DNA of 64,000 nucleotides from Marsupella aquatica (taxonomy: Eukaryota > Plantae > Marchantiophyta): NCBI GenBank assembly GCA_973895155.1, contig OZ316894.1, forward strand, positions 2,682,457-2,746,456, written 5' to 3'. The notes under the pieces were generated by a model. It had not been told where the DNA came from. It worked only from the letters and a program-made list of their open reading frames with translations, and did no database searches. Below are positions 49,289-63,470 of the stretch, in pieces; position 1 is the stretch's first letter, and each line of letters begins with the position of its first letter. Made by a program: the position numbers and the translations under genes.

Positions 49289-49620
49289 TGTTAAACTATG
49301 ACGTCTTCCTTCATGACGATACAACCCTGACTCATACCATGCTCACGTAGTCGACATAATCCATACGTGGTTCACCTCTTCTCCAAGGCTACGTGCACAC
49401 GAACATAATAACTTTACTTCAAGAGTCGTCAAACACACAAGCTCTCTTTCTTTCTCAAGTTGCTCCGTTATAATGAGCAAACACTACATACCAGTGGTTT
49501 CCACTAGCCCTGGTATATGCAAGGTCACACACGACTAACCTAACCTCAGCTAAGTCCTTAACTGAGGTTAATCTAATTGCCGTAACCTTTGAGTCACAAG
49601 ACTAAGAGCAATCATTAACA
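49289..49620 (-). repeat. Copia-2 5' LTR
   Basis: Direct repeat of 34281-34612, with adjacent PBS. Confidence 0.93.
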
Positions 49621-52600
49621 ATAAATGCATCAACCTTATCATGAACTCTTATCAATAAAGGGTATGCAATTTATTACCATGGTGTATGCTTTGCACTTGC
49701 AAAGTTTTGCAATTTTTACTTTTAGAAAGCACCTAACCTTATTGATAAGTCTCTTATGGAGTCCTGAAAACCATCTATAAATGCATAGCTGGGGTCTTAT
49801 GGGGAGTGTGCATGTATTGAATATTATAATTGTAATGTGCAGTCTATAATATAGAGCACTTTTTTTATCCCCTAATTTCTGTCCGCAATTCTATGATTTG
49901 ACAATGGTGTCTATTACACTATAATGTAGGGCTCAGGCATTCATTATTCTTTGGAGGCCCTAGGTGTGGACACATTTCTCTTTGTGGCCCTCCTATGGAG
50001 TTTGCTACAGAGCTTTCCCAGGCTTTCAGTTTACTACTTGTTAGGGCTTTAGTTCCTTTCGCTGTAGTGGGGGACTCTCAAGGTTTTGGCTCTTTTTGTC
50101 TTCCTGGGTATTTCTCTTCTGTTCTCCCGTGCATTTTGTCTCCCACCTTGGGATACTAACCAGCATTTTTTGTGGTGAAAATTTGCTAGATTGCACTCTC
50201 TGAAAAGTCTTTGGTCTTTTTCCAAGATTTTGCTATGTTTTCTCCCATTAGCCAATTTCCCAATTTCCCTTCTAACCACAAACCCCATTACCTATAATGT
50301 AACCTCATTGTTAAATCTATAGAGATCTGACCATTAGAAATTAATCCAGGAAAATTATTGACTGAACTCTCAGTTCAGCTTTGTGGTAGGGGCCCTAAAA
50401 TGCTTCCAAATCTTTTTCTGCATATAAAATTCTAGCAAAATAAAGTATACAATACTAAAGAGAGTGCATTTATAAAAGTTCAGCTTTTTTGTGACCAAAT
50501 CTCTTTGATCACAGATCTGGTACAAGGTATTTTTGGCATCTTTTCCTTAATTCAAGATGACATTCGTCACTCTGGCAAAGAAAAAGATTAGAAAATTATT
50601 CTGATACTGCCTCCCTGTTTGGCCCCTCTTGTTATTTGGAGAAAATCCCTCCAATCTCGCCTCGGTGACGTGGTGCATTCTCCGAGTTTAGGGTTGTGGG
50701 GAATCTGCAGGTCAAAAATTAAGCCAGAAATGTTAGATAAGCTGCATTCTTATAGCATCTTTTCCATTTGCCACCCTGGTTCTTTGGAGACAAGCAGTCC
50801 GATCTTGCCTTGGTGAATTGGTGCATTCTGGGAGTTCAGGGTTCAGGGAGATCAGAAATCAATCTTTTAGAGTTGGATAGGGAATCTCCCCAACATCTTC
50901 TCCATGGCAAAGGGTGACATTCGCCACCCAGGCCAAAAAAATGCCCCAAAATGACGTCTAAATGTCTAATCCTGTCTCCCCAGTTTGACATTACGCCAAC
51001 ACTATTTCCTCTTTTGGCGGTTTTTGTTCTCTGGCGACAAACAATAATAGTCACTCCATTTCGATTCGTGACTGGGTGCATTCCGGGACAAGCGGAAACT
51101 CCTTATCCACTCATCCGAGTGGGGGTACAGTTTTTATCACACTTTGTGTTCAGACTCAATTACTCATGCTGCACGAAGCCCCACGTCCGACGGATCTTCA
51201 GTACGACACTGCATCGTACGCTCCTCTGCCACACGGCTCCCTTCGTACTACAGTAAGTGACAAGATTATTTTGTCTCACATGGGCGGTGAGTAAGAGTAA
51301 AGACACGTGGCAAGACATAATTTGCGGGACATAAATGGAATTATCGAATTATTCATCCGTACTACATTCTTTTTGCCTATTGGACAGAGCTTTTTAGTGC
51401 TTTCGTACTCCCCTACGTGAGAGAATTTGATAATCAACGTAGTTTAGTACTTTAGTGGACTGTGGTTTGGAATATCTAGACTGATAGTCGAATCCGATCT
51501 CAGTATGTTCGCTCCTGCGATAATATGCTCATCGAACGGTAAGCGATGGCTTACAAAGGAGAGACGATCTCGTCAGTGGGCCCACAACAAGAAGTCCTTT
51601 CCATCCAGACTTTACGGCGTTTCTTTTTTGAGGAAAAGGAGGGCAAAGCCACCATAAATTGGGCAATCTGAAGCTACAGAGGGCACAAACCGTTAGAGTG
51701 GGGGAAAGCTTCCAAAGGCAGCGATCAAACGAACAAAAGGAGAAAGCTAGGCCCAATCAAAAGAGGCAATTGTGAGTGTGGGTGTGTGGGGTTGGCCCAA
51801 GTGCCATACGAATCAACTCTAGTTGAAAAACCAAATTGCCATAAGAAATAAAAGTGGGCCAATAAACGTGGTAACTGCAGATGAGAAAATATTGGTGCCA
51901 TAAGAAGAAGAAGAAAAAACATTCCTGTCAACGTTGCCAATGAAACCAGCCACTCAACTTGCTTAAAGTTGTTTTAAAGAGGGTAGATCACTTTCCCCAC
52001 CAGGAAATAGGACATTTATACCACTCCCCCCTTGCCATCAGTGGTTTCCCTTCCCCTCACCTCTCCAAAATGACACTCTTATTAGACCCTTGGGTGGTCT
52101 TGCCTGCCAGCCCCAAAGCATCTTACATTAATCTTAACCACGTTTGTGAGCCCTTCCTACCAGTTGGGCCAGCGCATCCAAGTTTTCACACTCAATTTAT
52201 CATTGTGAACTATAGGAGAGTCAGAGCATCTCGACCCCCTGCTGGATTTGGTAAAATTACAACTACCCATATATAAGGGGAAGTGTCCTAGAGAAAACCA
52301 GTAGCTCTTGAAGGGGCAGTTGTGGGATGTGGTGTTGACCCCACCCAATAAGCAAAACATAAAAAAGTAGGGTCCAATGGGGTTACTGGCACACTAGTTG
52401 TAGGAACTGGATTTTCATGATCAGGAATGGTAGCGCTTTGACCAGCCTGCAAGGTTCTCAGGGGAATATGGGGAGATTTTGATGAGACAACATTGCGAGC
52501 TCCGCAATCCACTAAGCTGGAAGGTGTGATCAAGAAAATTTGTGTCACTCAATCACTCCCATCTTACAGACTTGAGCGTGCCACTTGAAAAAACTGTTGA

Positions 52601-52622
52601 GTTGTCACGACCTTTTTCAATA

Positions 52623-52907
52623 TGTAGTGGATTTTCACGACGTATGTGAGATCTTGACAATTTATTGAACAGGAACATTAGAGTAATCAATTATTTGCAA
52701 CAAAAACTTTACCTTTGAATATGACAAATATAAGTAAATTATGCTAAAAATTTTTAACGGAAAAGAAAATTCACAAATTATTCAAATATATCAATATATT
52801 TGTTATAGTTAAAAGTAAATTTTTTTTTTTGTAAATAATTAATTACGTTGATGTCCATCTTCAGTAAATCTTCAAGACCTCACATGCGTAATGAAAATTC
52901 AACTCCA
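52623..52907. mobile_element. MITE-like foldback: ~110-bp imperfect inverted arms around an AT-rich loop
   Basis: TGTAGTGGATTTTCACGACGTATGTGAGATCTTGA... aligns with the reverse complement of ...TCAAGACCTCACATGCGTAATGAAAATTCAACTCCA. Confidence 0.65.
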
Positions 52908-55750
52908 TCTCCAATAAACACAAAAATGGTGAAATGATCATTTCACTTAATACCTGAAAAATTTCTAGTGTATCAACAATTTCTAGTGTTCCTGCGTTCA
53001 GGGTCAAGCTACCAAGTAGACGTCTACTGGTAACATTTCAGTCAAACGGTATCATGTTATCCAAGTGTATTTCAGCATTCTGAGCAAGTCCATGTGAGCT
53101 TTTCTTGTCCATCCATCCCGGCTATAAAACAGCTTTCATTTTCTTTTTTGAATCACAAGCACAGCAAAAATTTATTGTGCTACCGAATATATTTTTAGTG
53201 TCATTATGAGATGGTATAAACAAGATAAAAATTCCTTTCTGCTGTATCTGAACAGTTTGGGTGTGTTCGATGCAATCAATGCAACGTGGATTCCTTGCAA
53301 CGTGGATACCTTGCATGAACACTAGAAATAAGTTGCAGTCCACGAAACCCTGTAATGATACAAATGTATTTTAAACAGAAAAAGAAAAAGATATATAGAA
53401 AAGGAAAAGGTGGGTTTCTCGGGTTCACCTGACGAGGACCGGTTGCGACCGGCCCACTCCTCTGGTCCGCCGTTGTTGACGGGATGATCGTGAATATTAA
53501 TTGAGGGCGAAGGCTCTCCTCCGTTCACGACATCTTTTGTTGCCCAGGTACCAATCGCAGCCCATGGAACCGGCAACCTCACTCAGTTCTACGAGGTCGG
53601 AACATAGTTGGAGGAGATAATATATTATTATATATATATATGGAGCGAGGCAGGTCTGTAACCGAAGTACCCGGTGGGGTGGCGGGGGCCGGGACGGCGG
53701 GGTTTCCGGGGAAGGACGACTCCCGTCGAGCAGATAGGGGGACTCTCTCTCCCAGCCGTCAATATCGATGGTGCACATGGCTCGATCGTCATCCTCGGAA
53801 GCCGGAAGCCGTCGATCCCCACCATCCCCTTGATGGCTGCCATCCAGAAGGCGGCCGACTGTACCTGGCTCGTTCTTTAAAACTATTTCGGCAACATGCG
53901 GCGCGTGTGGAGAGGTCGAGGAGTCGAGGAGTCGAGGGTGGGGACACCGCCGGAATAGAGTTCCCGCTTGGCACCCGAGCGATTTTGGCTGGACCAGGGA
54001 TCCATTTCCCATTTCACCTCTACTCTAGCTATGGTAGTAGCACTGCTGGGACAGGGACCGATGCACCGAACAAGAGTCCAAGGAACACGGGGAAAGAGAC
54101 CGTGAACCTTCGAAGATCCGCAAACGACCAGAGGGGAACTGGAACCGAAGGAAGAGAGGAAAAGAGGCAGGCGGGGGAGCGAGCGATGGCGGGGCAGAGC
54201 TTGCCAGAGGAGAGGAGAGGAGAGGAGAGCAAACTGAAGCAGAGCAAGGCCTGTGGATAGAAGAGAGAGAGAAGGAAGGAGGGAAAGGAGGAATCGGCGA
54301 TGGTGGGTGCGATGATGAACGTGACGATGACGATTGAAAAGACTTTGGGAACAGACTGTTGGTGGTGAACAACGACAATAACACTAAGCAAGCAGTTCTT
54401 CCTGTTCGTCCGATTCAAGCTTTGCTCTGTTTCGCTGCTCTCGCTGTCGCTCTGCAGTGCAAGTGTCTCGCTCTCTGTGTCTCCCCTGCCTGCCTCTCGT
54501 TTTCTCCGTTCAACTCCTACTGATTTGTGCTGGAGTGATCCCTCGCTGTGAGTCTCCGCTTTTCTCTCTGCCGGATCTCACTTTTGCCCCTCTGCTGTCG
54601 TCTCGTCTTGTCACGGGCTCTCCCTCGCTTTGTCACTATTCGCTGTTCGTAGAGCTGCCCTCTCCCTCTCGTCTCCTCTCGGAAATGTGTGGGGCGGGCT
54701 TGGGGCTGCTCGAGAAGAGGGGTTCTATGTAGATCGTAGTTGGTGGGTGAGAGTGTCGGAGAGGCTCTGAAGGGAATCCGATTTTGCTCCATGCGGGCCG
54801 CCTCTACTTTTTGCAGCGACCTCATTTGTGTTCACCTCCTGCTTCTCCTGAGATTCAGTGCATTCGTCACATTCCATCCACACGCTTTGCCCTTTCTCAT
54901 TCTCCGCGTGTACCTGTCTCACTCTCATACATTATCTGTGTGTTTCGCTATCATTTTGTCTATCTGGGTGTCATTTCCTCGTTGTGAAATTTGTATCGAA
55001 TCATTGTGAAATTTTCATCGCTGTATGTTTTTCTCATTTTTTCCCTTGAGGTGCTGTGGTCCTCCTGCTAGCTGGGAGGCCAGCGCGCATCACCGGCATT
55101 GTGGATGAGAAGTCGGGAAGCGTGACTGCATTCACTGTCTACGACTGCATTCACTGCCCATTACGGCCTCTCAGCTTCCGTGTCCAGCCAGCATTTTTCG
55201 CAACGTCTGTGCTGGCTGCATCTGTCGCGTGTTTGTTCTTCCTCTGTTCTTTTTTCATTTCTCCTGAGCTTCTTTTATGTCTTTCCTATCCACCCGCATG
55301 ATTTTCTTTTGTCAATTTGGAGTCCTCTCAAGTCTTGCAAATCTTCCGAGCAGGCCATGTGCTCTCGTATGCAAAAAAGAAATTGTTCTTCCTTGAGACT
55401 ACCTGTTCTTAATTCATATCTAGAGCTATCTGTGTATCCATCGTCACAACGCGGCAGGTCCACATCGCCTTGCCATTTTGGTGTTCCGCGGAGGAGGAAG
55501 TGGAGGAGTTGGCCTGCTCTTCCTCGATAAGCGAGGTGGATTGCTGCAGCTACCAGATTAACAGCGCGCCAGGATCTTCTTCTGATTGCGGTGATGCGGC
55601 ACGTAATATGCCGACTAGCACTCATGCTAGTTTTGTTAGGACATCCTTCCGCCCGTAGGCGCCTCCGTGTTCTCCTCTGTTCTTGAAGAGGTCCTTCTAA
55701 CCTCGAGTGAGGTGGAGCGGAGTGGAGAGCAGCGGAACTTCCCGCCTCCA

Positions 55751-58700
55751 ATGGACCTTGAGAGTGGAGCACGTCACTTACGCTCCAGGTTCCAGGTGAT
55801 TCTTTTGACCAACACCTTTGCATCCATCTTGACTAAGGCTCAGCAGGTTGAGTCTTCAGAGACAATTACTGTACTATGAACCTACCGGATCGTTAGATGC
55901 TGTATTTGAAGGGCAACATATGGTTTAATTAGATAGCATTTCCCTAGGTGAAGGAGAGACCGATTCTTCTCCACGGATTTGCAGATTTGATATCCGATTT
56001 GGTAGTGCGATGTGCTGGTCCATGTCCCTGGAACCGAGCAGAAAGGTCGCTCTTTCGGCTCGCAGTATTCCGGGGGGGTTATTCGTCATGGGGGGTGTTT
56101 CGGCATTTGATGCCTCCCGGCCTGCCTGCCCTCGTGGACGTGGGCTTACTTTGAAGGGGGACGTCATGTTTTGGAAGCATTTTGGAATTAGTCTAGTAGG
56201 ATTGATTCCCTGGTTGGATCTTTTGGCCTTGGTTAATCCTTGCATTTCGGAAGAGTTACGTACCAGTTTTTGCTTGCATGTGAGTAGTTGCGAACCAGTT
56301 TCCGCTGGCAGGTGTAATAAATCCACCGACAGACTTGCCCTTGTCTACGGACGAGATAGACAGCCACAGTCACCTTGCCCAATCAAGTTAACGACCCCAT
56401 TGTCATTGATATTGGGTAGATGAGAAGGGACCATGTTTGGGAATGGAGAGTGCCATGGAACTAAGCCTATAGTGCATAACATAGGAGACGAAAGACAGAC
56501 GAAACCAACAATTGTAGGAAGGAAAATGTCGTTTCAATGGGATTAGTCTTTCGAATATGCAAAATTGGGATGAATTTGGGTATGAAACCTTCTTTGGGTA
56601 TGAAGCGCGAATGAGTCACCAGTTCCCACATTTTTCCCAACCTTATTGCTAGTCTTGGCACCGATGTGGAGCAGTACGGTATAAAATGTCTCTTCCCCTT
56701 TGCGGTCCGCGGAGATTTGCCACCGTCTTGCCCTGCCAACAGTTTTGGAGAGGGTCTTGTGATCCCGCATCTGTCTCTTGTCACTTCGCCTTAACCATCA
56801 TCCGCAAAAAATACTGAGAATTCGCCTAGGGGTGAAGGATAATTGGTCGTCTGCGTGACAGGGAAGTATTTGCCTTCCGGATCGTATATAGCTACCAGGG
56901 TATTCGTTAGGAATTTTATTTTTCGAGCAGAGACGACTCTCCTGCTGTCTCCGTAATAGTAGCCAGAGTATTTTGCAGGGATCTCGCGACATGCCATGCT
57001 TGTCGAGAAATGGCAATTACCTTGGGCCGACAATCGCTGACCTTTACAACGTTAGTTCTCTTCAATCGCATGTTAGCTAAGGGCATCTCGCGAGATTATA
57101 AACAACAGGTCAACCTAGGTGCGGGTGAGCTGATGTGTGGAAGTAACAACGGCGATGTTGGTTAGGATGTTTAAATGCCATTAAGGGTCGTGTACTCTGT
57201 TAGTTCTACAGCTATAGTCGTTCATGAGGCGAAATTGGTTCAGTCCTTTCTTACTCTACTTTGGTGCAAGTGTTCGCAGCTGTTTGGGACCCTTGAACTT
57301 GTGAGGGGTGGCATTACCAACGAGAGGTTCGTCCATAAGTATTGAGAGAGCAGCTAATGGGATTTGTACATGAGTACCTCGGATTGAGGTGCTCCAAAAG
57401 CACTGGATATGTCATGGAATTATGTGACTTATTGAAGTTGTTTGCAGGATCGGAGAAAGAGTTGCCTTGCTTTGCTAGGCTTGGCGTATCAGAGCTTTGG
57501 TGTGGTCTACGGAGACCTGAGCACCTCTCCGCTATACGTATTTAAGAGCACCTTTTCTGGTTCTCTTCGGAAGCATGAGGAGGAAATTGTCATATTTGGA
57601 GTTCTTTCAATCGTATTCTGGACCCTTACCCTCGTGCCCCTCATTAAGTACGTCTTCATCGTGCTTAGCGCTCATGACAACAACGAAGGTGAGGGCTCCG
57701 TATTTGCTTGGCCCATCTCCGTCGCATTCATTTTGAACTCCTTCGCAATGCGTCCACGATCACGCCTTGGCATTGGCTCCTGGCTACTGTTGACATGAAC
57801 TTGAAGTATGTTGCATTGGTTATTTAAGACCTCGTACCTTAAACTATAATCGCGTTGTTAGTTGGCCCCCTAGGTTTGGTTTCCTTCCTAGAGCTCATAA
57901 TCTGTAGCTGACAGTGCCTCCCACATTTGGACTCATATTGTTTTGTGCAGTTCGCATCTACGTTAATTTCGAGGTGATCTGATCCGCTTCTCCTACACCT
58001 CGCTTCATGAACGAATTTACCACTTTGGGAATCGTACTGAAACTTCTGTCCTTGTCCGTGAAATCCAGGAGGCACATTTGCTTTGTATTCTTTACTGTGT
58101 CGACACGCAAAGCTGAGCTTGCTGCCGAATCAGCAGACTGTTGACGAGGAGCTCTCCAGTTATGGGATGGCCCCGACGACAGAACAAGAGGATAGACCCA
58201 AACCCTCTAATATGAAGACTTTGCTCGAAAAGCACAAGTATTTGCGCACAGGGCTTCTGCTGGTGGTCCTCCTTGGAACGAGCATGGTCATTGGGGATGG
58301 TGTTCTCACGCCTTCTATATCGGGTATGCAAGCCTTTTGGTCCTTTGTCGTGCAATCGTCGGCCATTTGAGACGGATTGCTATCATTCGCTTAATTTGAG
58401 AAAGTCCTCATCAACTTCAAATGAAAATTTTATTTGTGCAGTTTTATCAGCAGTGACTGGACTCCAAGTTGCTATCCCGGGGGTCCACGATCGTAAGTTG
58501 TCATTACAGCCTCTTCTTGTTAATTTCATTCCGTGATTTAGTGACTTCTCAATTAATTGCCCAGAGCTGTACTGGTCTCCTACCGTTACCTGCCGCCACA
58601 TTTGGTAAGCATTTTGTTCACAAACTGTACTGTGGTTGGTGGCAGATTGGATGGTGGTTGTGGCTTGCGTCATTCTGGTGTGTTTGTTCGCTCTGCAGCA

Positions 58701-61248
58701 CTTTGGAACTCAAAAAGTGGCGTTCATGTTTGCTCCCATCGTTCTCATGTGGTTGTTCTGCATTACGGGAGTCGGACTGTACAATATATTGCATCACAAC
58801 CCCGGCGTCCTTCGGGCACTATCACCCTACTATATATACAAGTATTTCAAAGTTACGGGACAAGATGGCTGGATGGCATTGGGAGGCATCGTCCTTTGCA
58901 TCACAGGTGGGCCAATTCCCGTCATCCTTCCTAGTTGCTATTTCTGGCTAATACTGCTCTGCCTTACTTTGGCTTTAGGACAAGTAGTAATAATGATCAT
59001 GTTCTTCTGTTCCTTTGTTGCAGGGTCTGAGGCAATGTTTGCGGACTTGGGCCATTTCTCACAGCGATCAATCAAGGTTATGCAGTTCTCCACTTACAGC
59101 CTCGGAGTTCAATGTTGATGTCTTAGAAGTAGATATAAAGAGTTGACTATCTTAGTATCGATTTTCTCCTGTTTCAATGCGGATGGTGCAAATTTCGTTG
59201 GGATCGATGGAAGTGCTGATGAAGTAGTAAATCTTGTTTCTGCAGATTGCTTTCAGTGGTATAGTCTATCCATGCCTTGTTATATCGTATACGGGCCAGG
59301 CTGCGTACTTATCAAAACATCCCTGGAATATTGGCAACAGCTTTTTCAAAGCAGTGCCAAGTAAGCAGAGTTCGATTCCCTGGGAATATTCTTAAATAAA
59401 TAGAGCGGTATTTCTAGCCTCTGACTGATATCTCGCATCTCGCTGTGCTGGAATGTCTTGCAAATAAATTTTGACTGGGCTGCACATGCGAAGAAACGGT
59501 TTCTTCATAATTGAAGAAAGTCTTGTAGATGAATTGATTGTTTGGTTTTCGACACTCAAAACTCCGTGAATTGGTCTTTGATGTAGGAGTCAGTCAACTC
59601 GAGGTTTGTACTAGCTTTGTACGCAGGCTCATTGTTGCAGTAGACGGTTCTTTCTGTCCCGTCTGAGATTGTTCTAATTCTGTTTGGTTGTGGTGTTTTA
59701 ATCGAAAGAAGCTGATGTCAGTATATTGCGGTGATTGACGTTCAACGTTGTCTGTAGAAGCCGTTTTCTGGCCCGTCTTGGTGGTCGCCACACTGGCAGC
59801 AGTTGTTGGCAGTCAGGCAGTAATTTCAGCCACCTTTTCCATCGTCAAGCAGTGTCAAAGTCTTGGCTGTTTTCCCCGCGTGAAGGTCATTCATACTTCA
59901 AATGAAATTCATGGGCAAATATATGTTCCAGAGATAAACTGGATTCTCCTGCTCCTCTGTCTGGCAGTTACGATCGGATTCAGAGATACGATCACCATCG
60001 GGAATGCTTACGGTTGGTCGATGCTCCTTGACCATCGGAATACGTGTATATTTGAGTTGTTTATTCTGAGTGGAGCACTTCCGTCCTAATGCAGATTTGG
60101 TACTTTTTTGTTGTAATCCCGTGAAATATTATCTAAGCTCCTGTTGTTTGTTTGTGTCAGGCATTGCGGTCATTACTGTCATGTTTGTGACAACCGCGCT
60201 GATGAGTCTGGTCATACGCTTGGTATGGAAAAAGCACCTCCTTTGGGCGATCTGCTTTTTCGTCGTCTTCGGTTCGATAGAGGGCCTCTACCTTTCTGCT
60301 TCTTTCATCAAGGTTCCTCAAGGGGGTTGGGCACCCCTCGCTCTATCGGCAGTCTTCATGCTTGTGATGTGTTGTTGGAACTATGGTACCACAAAGAAGT
60401 ACGAGTTTGAACTGCAGAACAAAGTATCTATGAAATGGATTCTCACTCTCGGTCCAAGCCTCGGAATCGTACGTGTTCCTGGGATCGGACTAATTTACAC
60501 TGAGCTAGTAACTGGCGTGCCAGCCGTATTTTCCCATTTTGTGACGAATCTTCCCGCCTTCCACAAAATACTCTGCTTTGTTTGCCTCAAATCTGTGCCG
60601 GTCCCACATGTTGCACCGCATGAGCGATATTTGGTGGGTCGAATTGGGCCGAGGGAGTATCGGATGTACCGTTGCATAGTGAGGTATGGTTACAACGATG
60701 TGCACAGAGATGACCACGAATTCGAGAACCAGCTCATAGTAAATATTGCAGAGTTCATTCAGACCGAAGGAGATCAGCAGTGGGTGCCGTCCAGCAGCGA
60801 TTTTTCAGCGGAGGGACGCTTGTCAGTTGTGGGTACACCTTCCCAGAACGGAATGAAGCTATTAATGTATGATGATGATGACAATGATGAGACTTGCAAC
60901 ACGACGATTTCTAGTGGGTCGATTCGCAGTTTGCACGCTCTTCATGAGGTTGAGACTGATGGACTGGGGCGGAAGAAGAAAGTGAGATTCGACTTTTCGA
61001 AGAACTCCGAAATTGTGGACCCTTTGGTGAAGCAAGAGTTGGACGATTTGCTTGAGGCCAAGGAATCAGGAATCGCATACGTGCTGGGCCATTCTTACAT
61101 TAAGGCTAAGAAAACTTCTACATTCTTGAAGAAATTGGTCATAAATTTTGTCTACGACTTTCTGCGGAGGAATTGCCGAGCCCCTGAAGTCGCCCTCAAC
61201 ATTCCGCACTTATGCCTCATTGAGGTTGGCATGGTTTATTATGTGTGA
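55751..61248 (+). CDS. HAK: KUP/HAK/KT potassium transporter. Predicted exons 55751-55795, 57448-57688, 58069-58323, 58442-58492, 58646-58906, 59024-59076, 59246-59360, 59758-60012, 60161-61248
   Basis: Family motifs [73 protein letters not shown] and C-terminal IEVGMVYYV*; GT-AG junctions in frame. Confidence 0.95.
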
Positions 61249-61984
61249 CGGAAACCCCCGCGGAAACCTCTCTTTAGCGGAGCGTATGATCGTTGCTGCC
61301 CTCGTTGGAGGAACTATACAGTAGAAATAGAATGGAGTCAGCTGCCAGTGATTGATGTGGGGAATTTTTCTTAAGCGCCGTACCCATTGCGGACTACAGA
61401 TCAGCTGACCTTTCTATACAACTTGGAGGGCAAGGAGTAATAACAGTTGCCCCGGCCACTTTTGGAGAACGCAGTTCACACGTAGTCGAGAGAAAGGTAT
61501 TCGATCTAGAGGAGGATTGTACAGCCCGTTGTAAAATGAACAGATTTTGTCGTTGTATATTAGTCGAAAGTGTGTTTCAAGCGGATCAACATAGATTTAT
61601 ACGAGACCAGACACAAAGTGTCGACCCTTTTGTGGTTGTCCCAAATTGCTGAGGTTCCGAAAAGGTGACGAAGTCCTGTAGCTAGGACGATAATATCTGG
61701 TTATCCATATTTCATTGTCCGGGGGTGTCAAAACCCTGAATTGCGAGGATAGATTCCTTCAATCTATGAAGAGAGCAGCGTCAATGACGTGGACTTGGCA
61801 TTGAAGTCTCTTTGCATCACATGTCTTGTGGCATCACAAGCTGGAAAGGTCACCTAATCTGTTTTATGCCATGAGTAATCTGGGTGCTGATACGTTTGAA
61901 TGAGGTATATATCTATCTCTTGGAATATGATTGCACTAGAAGGCATTATCTTGAGCACAGCTTTGGGCACCCAGACGGCCGGTC

Positions 61985-62350
61985 CACCACTGGTGCCCAC
62001 CCCTTTTGTGGGCCACCGATGTTGTATGCCAACGATGTTGTATGCTGGCTTTTTGAATGAATTTGAATTGGTTTTTTCAAGTCAAAAAATAACCCCTGGT
62101 GTCCACCCCTTTTGTGGGCCACCCATGTTATATGCTTTTGAATGATGACCCCTGGTGTCCACCCCTTTTGTGGGCCACCCATGTTATATGCTTTTGAATG
62201 AATTTCAATTGGTTTTTTTAAGTCAAAAGATGACCCTTGGTGCCCAACACTTTTGTGGGCCACCCATGTTGTATGTTTTTGAATGAATTTGAATTGGTTT
62301 TTTCAAGGCAATTTTTTGAATGAATTTGAATTGGTTTTTTCTAGGCAAAA
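61985..62350. repeat. Degenerate tandem repeat (units ~55-100 bp)
   Basis: CCCTGGTGTCCACCCCTTTTGTGGGCCACCCATGTTATATGCTTTTGAATGA appears about 4 times, interleaved with TGAATTTGAATTGGTTTTTTCAAG. Confidence 0.85.
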
Positions 62351-63470
62351 GATGAGGGCATGATCATAAGCACAGCACTGCACCAGAGTAGCTTTCTCAT
62401 GAGCGTTTATCATCTCACGTGCTTGACTTTGAGTTGTTTTGATGCATTTGAAAACTGTGAAAACGTACTTATCGGTTGCAGAGGAGGACCCCTATGATTT
62501 GAAAGGGTTTTACATTACTTCATGGCTACGTGTGGATGGTACGGTAATAGTGTCTTACACGGCGGCCCATCCACGGATCGATGCAGGCACATTCCAAATT
62601 CAAATCCCAATGCTGTCTGCAGTGAAATTCCCGCAGTGGAGAGTGGCCATTCTATTGATATGATGAACAATTACAACAGAGTTATCTGGTCAAGTAGATG
62701 GATCGCCAATTCTCCCGAATAGAATGTATGCAAAGAAAGGGTCAATTTGTACTCAAACTCCATTTAATAATGATATGTAATGTCTACGAACTGTAAATGT
62801 CTTATTCTACGGGACAAGTGCCTGACTATCAGCAATGCAAGTGCTTCACGCAATCTACAAATGCTAACTATCAGCAATGCCTCACGCAATCTACAGTTAC
62901 GTGTCTTTATTAATCATGCCATGGCTCTGCTCCATGTTGAGTATCTACACCAGCTACAAAACTTGCCAATCTTAACTGAGAGAGTGCAATTGTGCAGCGA
63001 TGACATGCCACTTTGTTGAATAGTGCCTGCACGGGATTCCCAGTCATAGACCTGCCACCTTGCTGCAAGTTCATGTAATGATCATCCCAGTCATACTGAT
63101 TGAAATTCGGGTACTGATCATCCCAGTCATACTGTTTGATTTACTTGTCAGGGAAGTAGGCGAGAAATATTTAAATTTGTTCTGTTTTAATGAAACTGCC
63201 ATTGGTGGCTTGTGCAATTGATATGGGATCTGAACTGGAGGCATCTCTCTCTGGCCCACTCTAGATGACTGACAATTGGGCTAAACACCATTGGGTTCGA
63301 CAAGAGTAGGGTCTTTTTCTTTCTATTCACCTCATCTGTTGTTTCTTTGTGGCCTTGAATTTTTTGATGTCCATTCAATCCCATTGCCAAGGTGCCAAAC
63401 TCTTATCTTTATCAGGAAATCAAAAGAAATAAAACAAACATGACATATAGCAGCGTTGGTCTCGTCTGCT

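Larger units (their letters stand above)
34281..49620 (-). mobile_element. Ty1/Copia LTR retrotransposon (Copia-2), related to Copia-1, with a nested Gypsy element
   Basis: 332-bp LTRs at 34281-34612 and 49289-49620; TSD ATAAA on both sides; PBS TGGTATCAGAGC at 49275-49286; PPT at ~34613-34623. Confidence 0.95.

Noticed and set aside
53322-54418. GC-rich ORFs of 120-206 aa upstream of HAK
   Set aside because: Overlapping ORFs on both strands with no domain signature; typical of promoter/5'UTR sequence.
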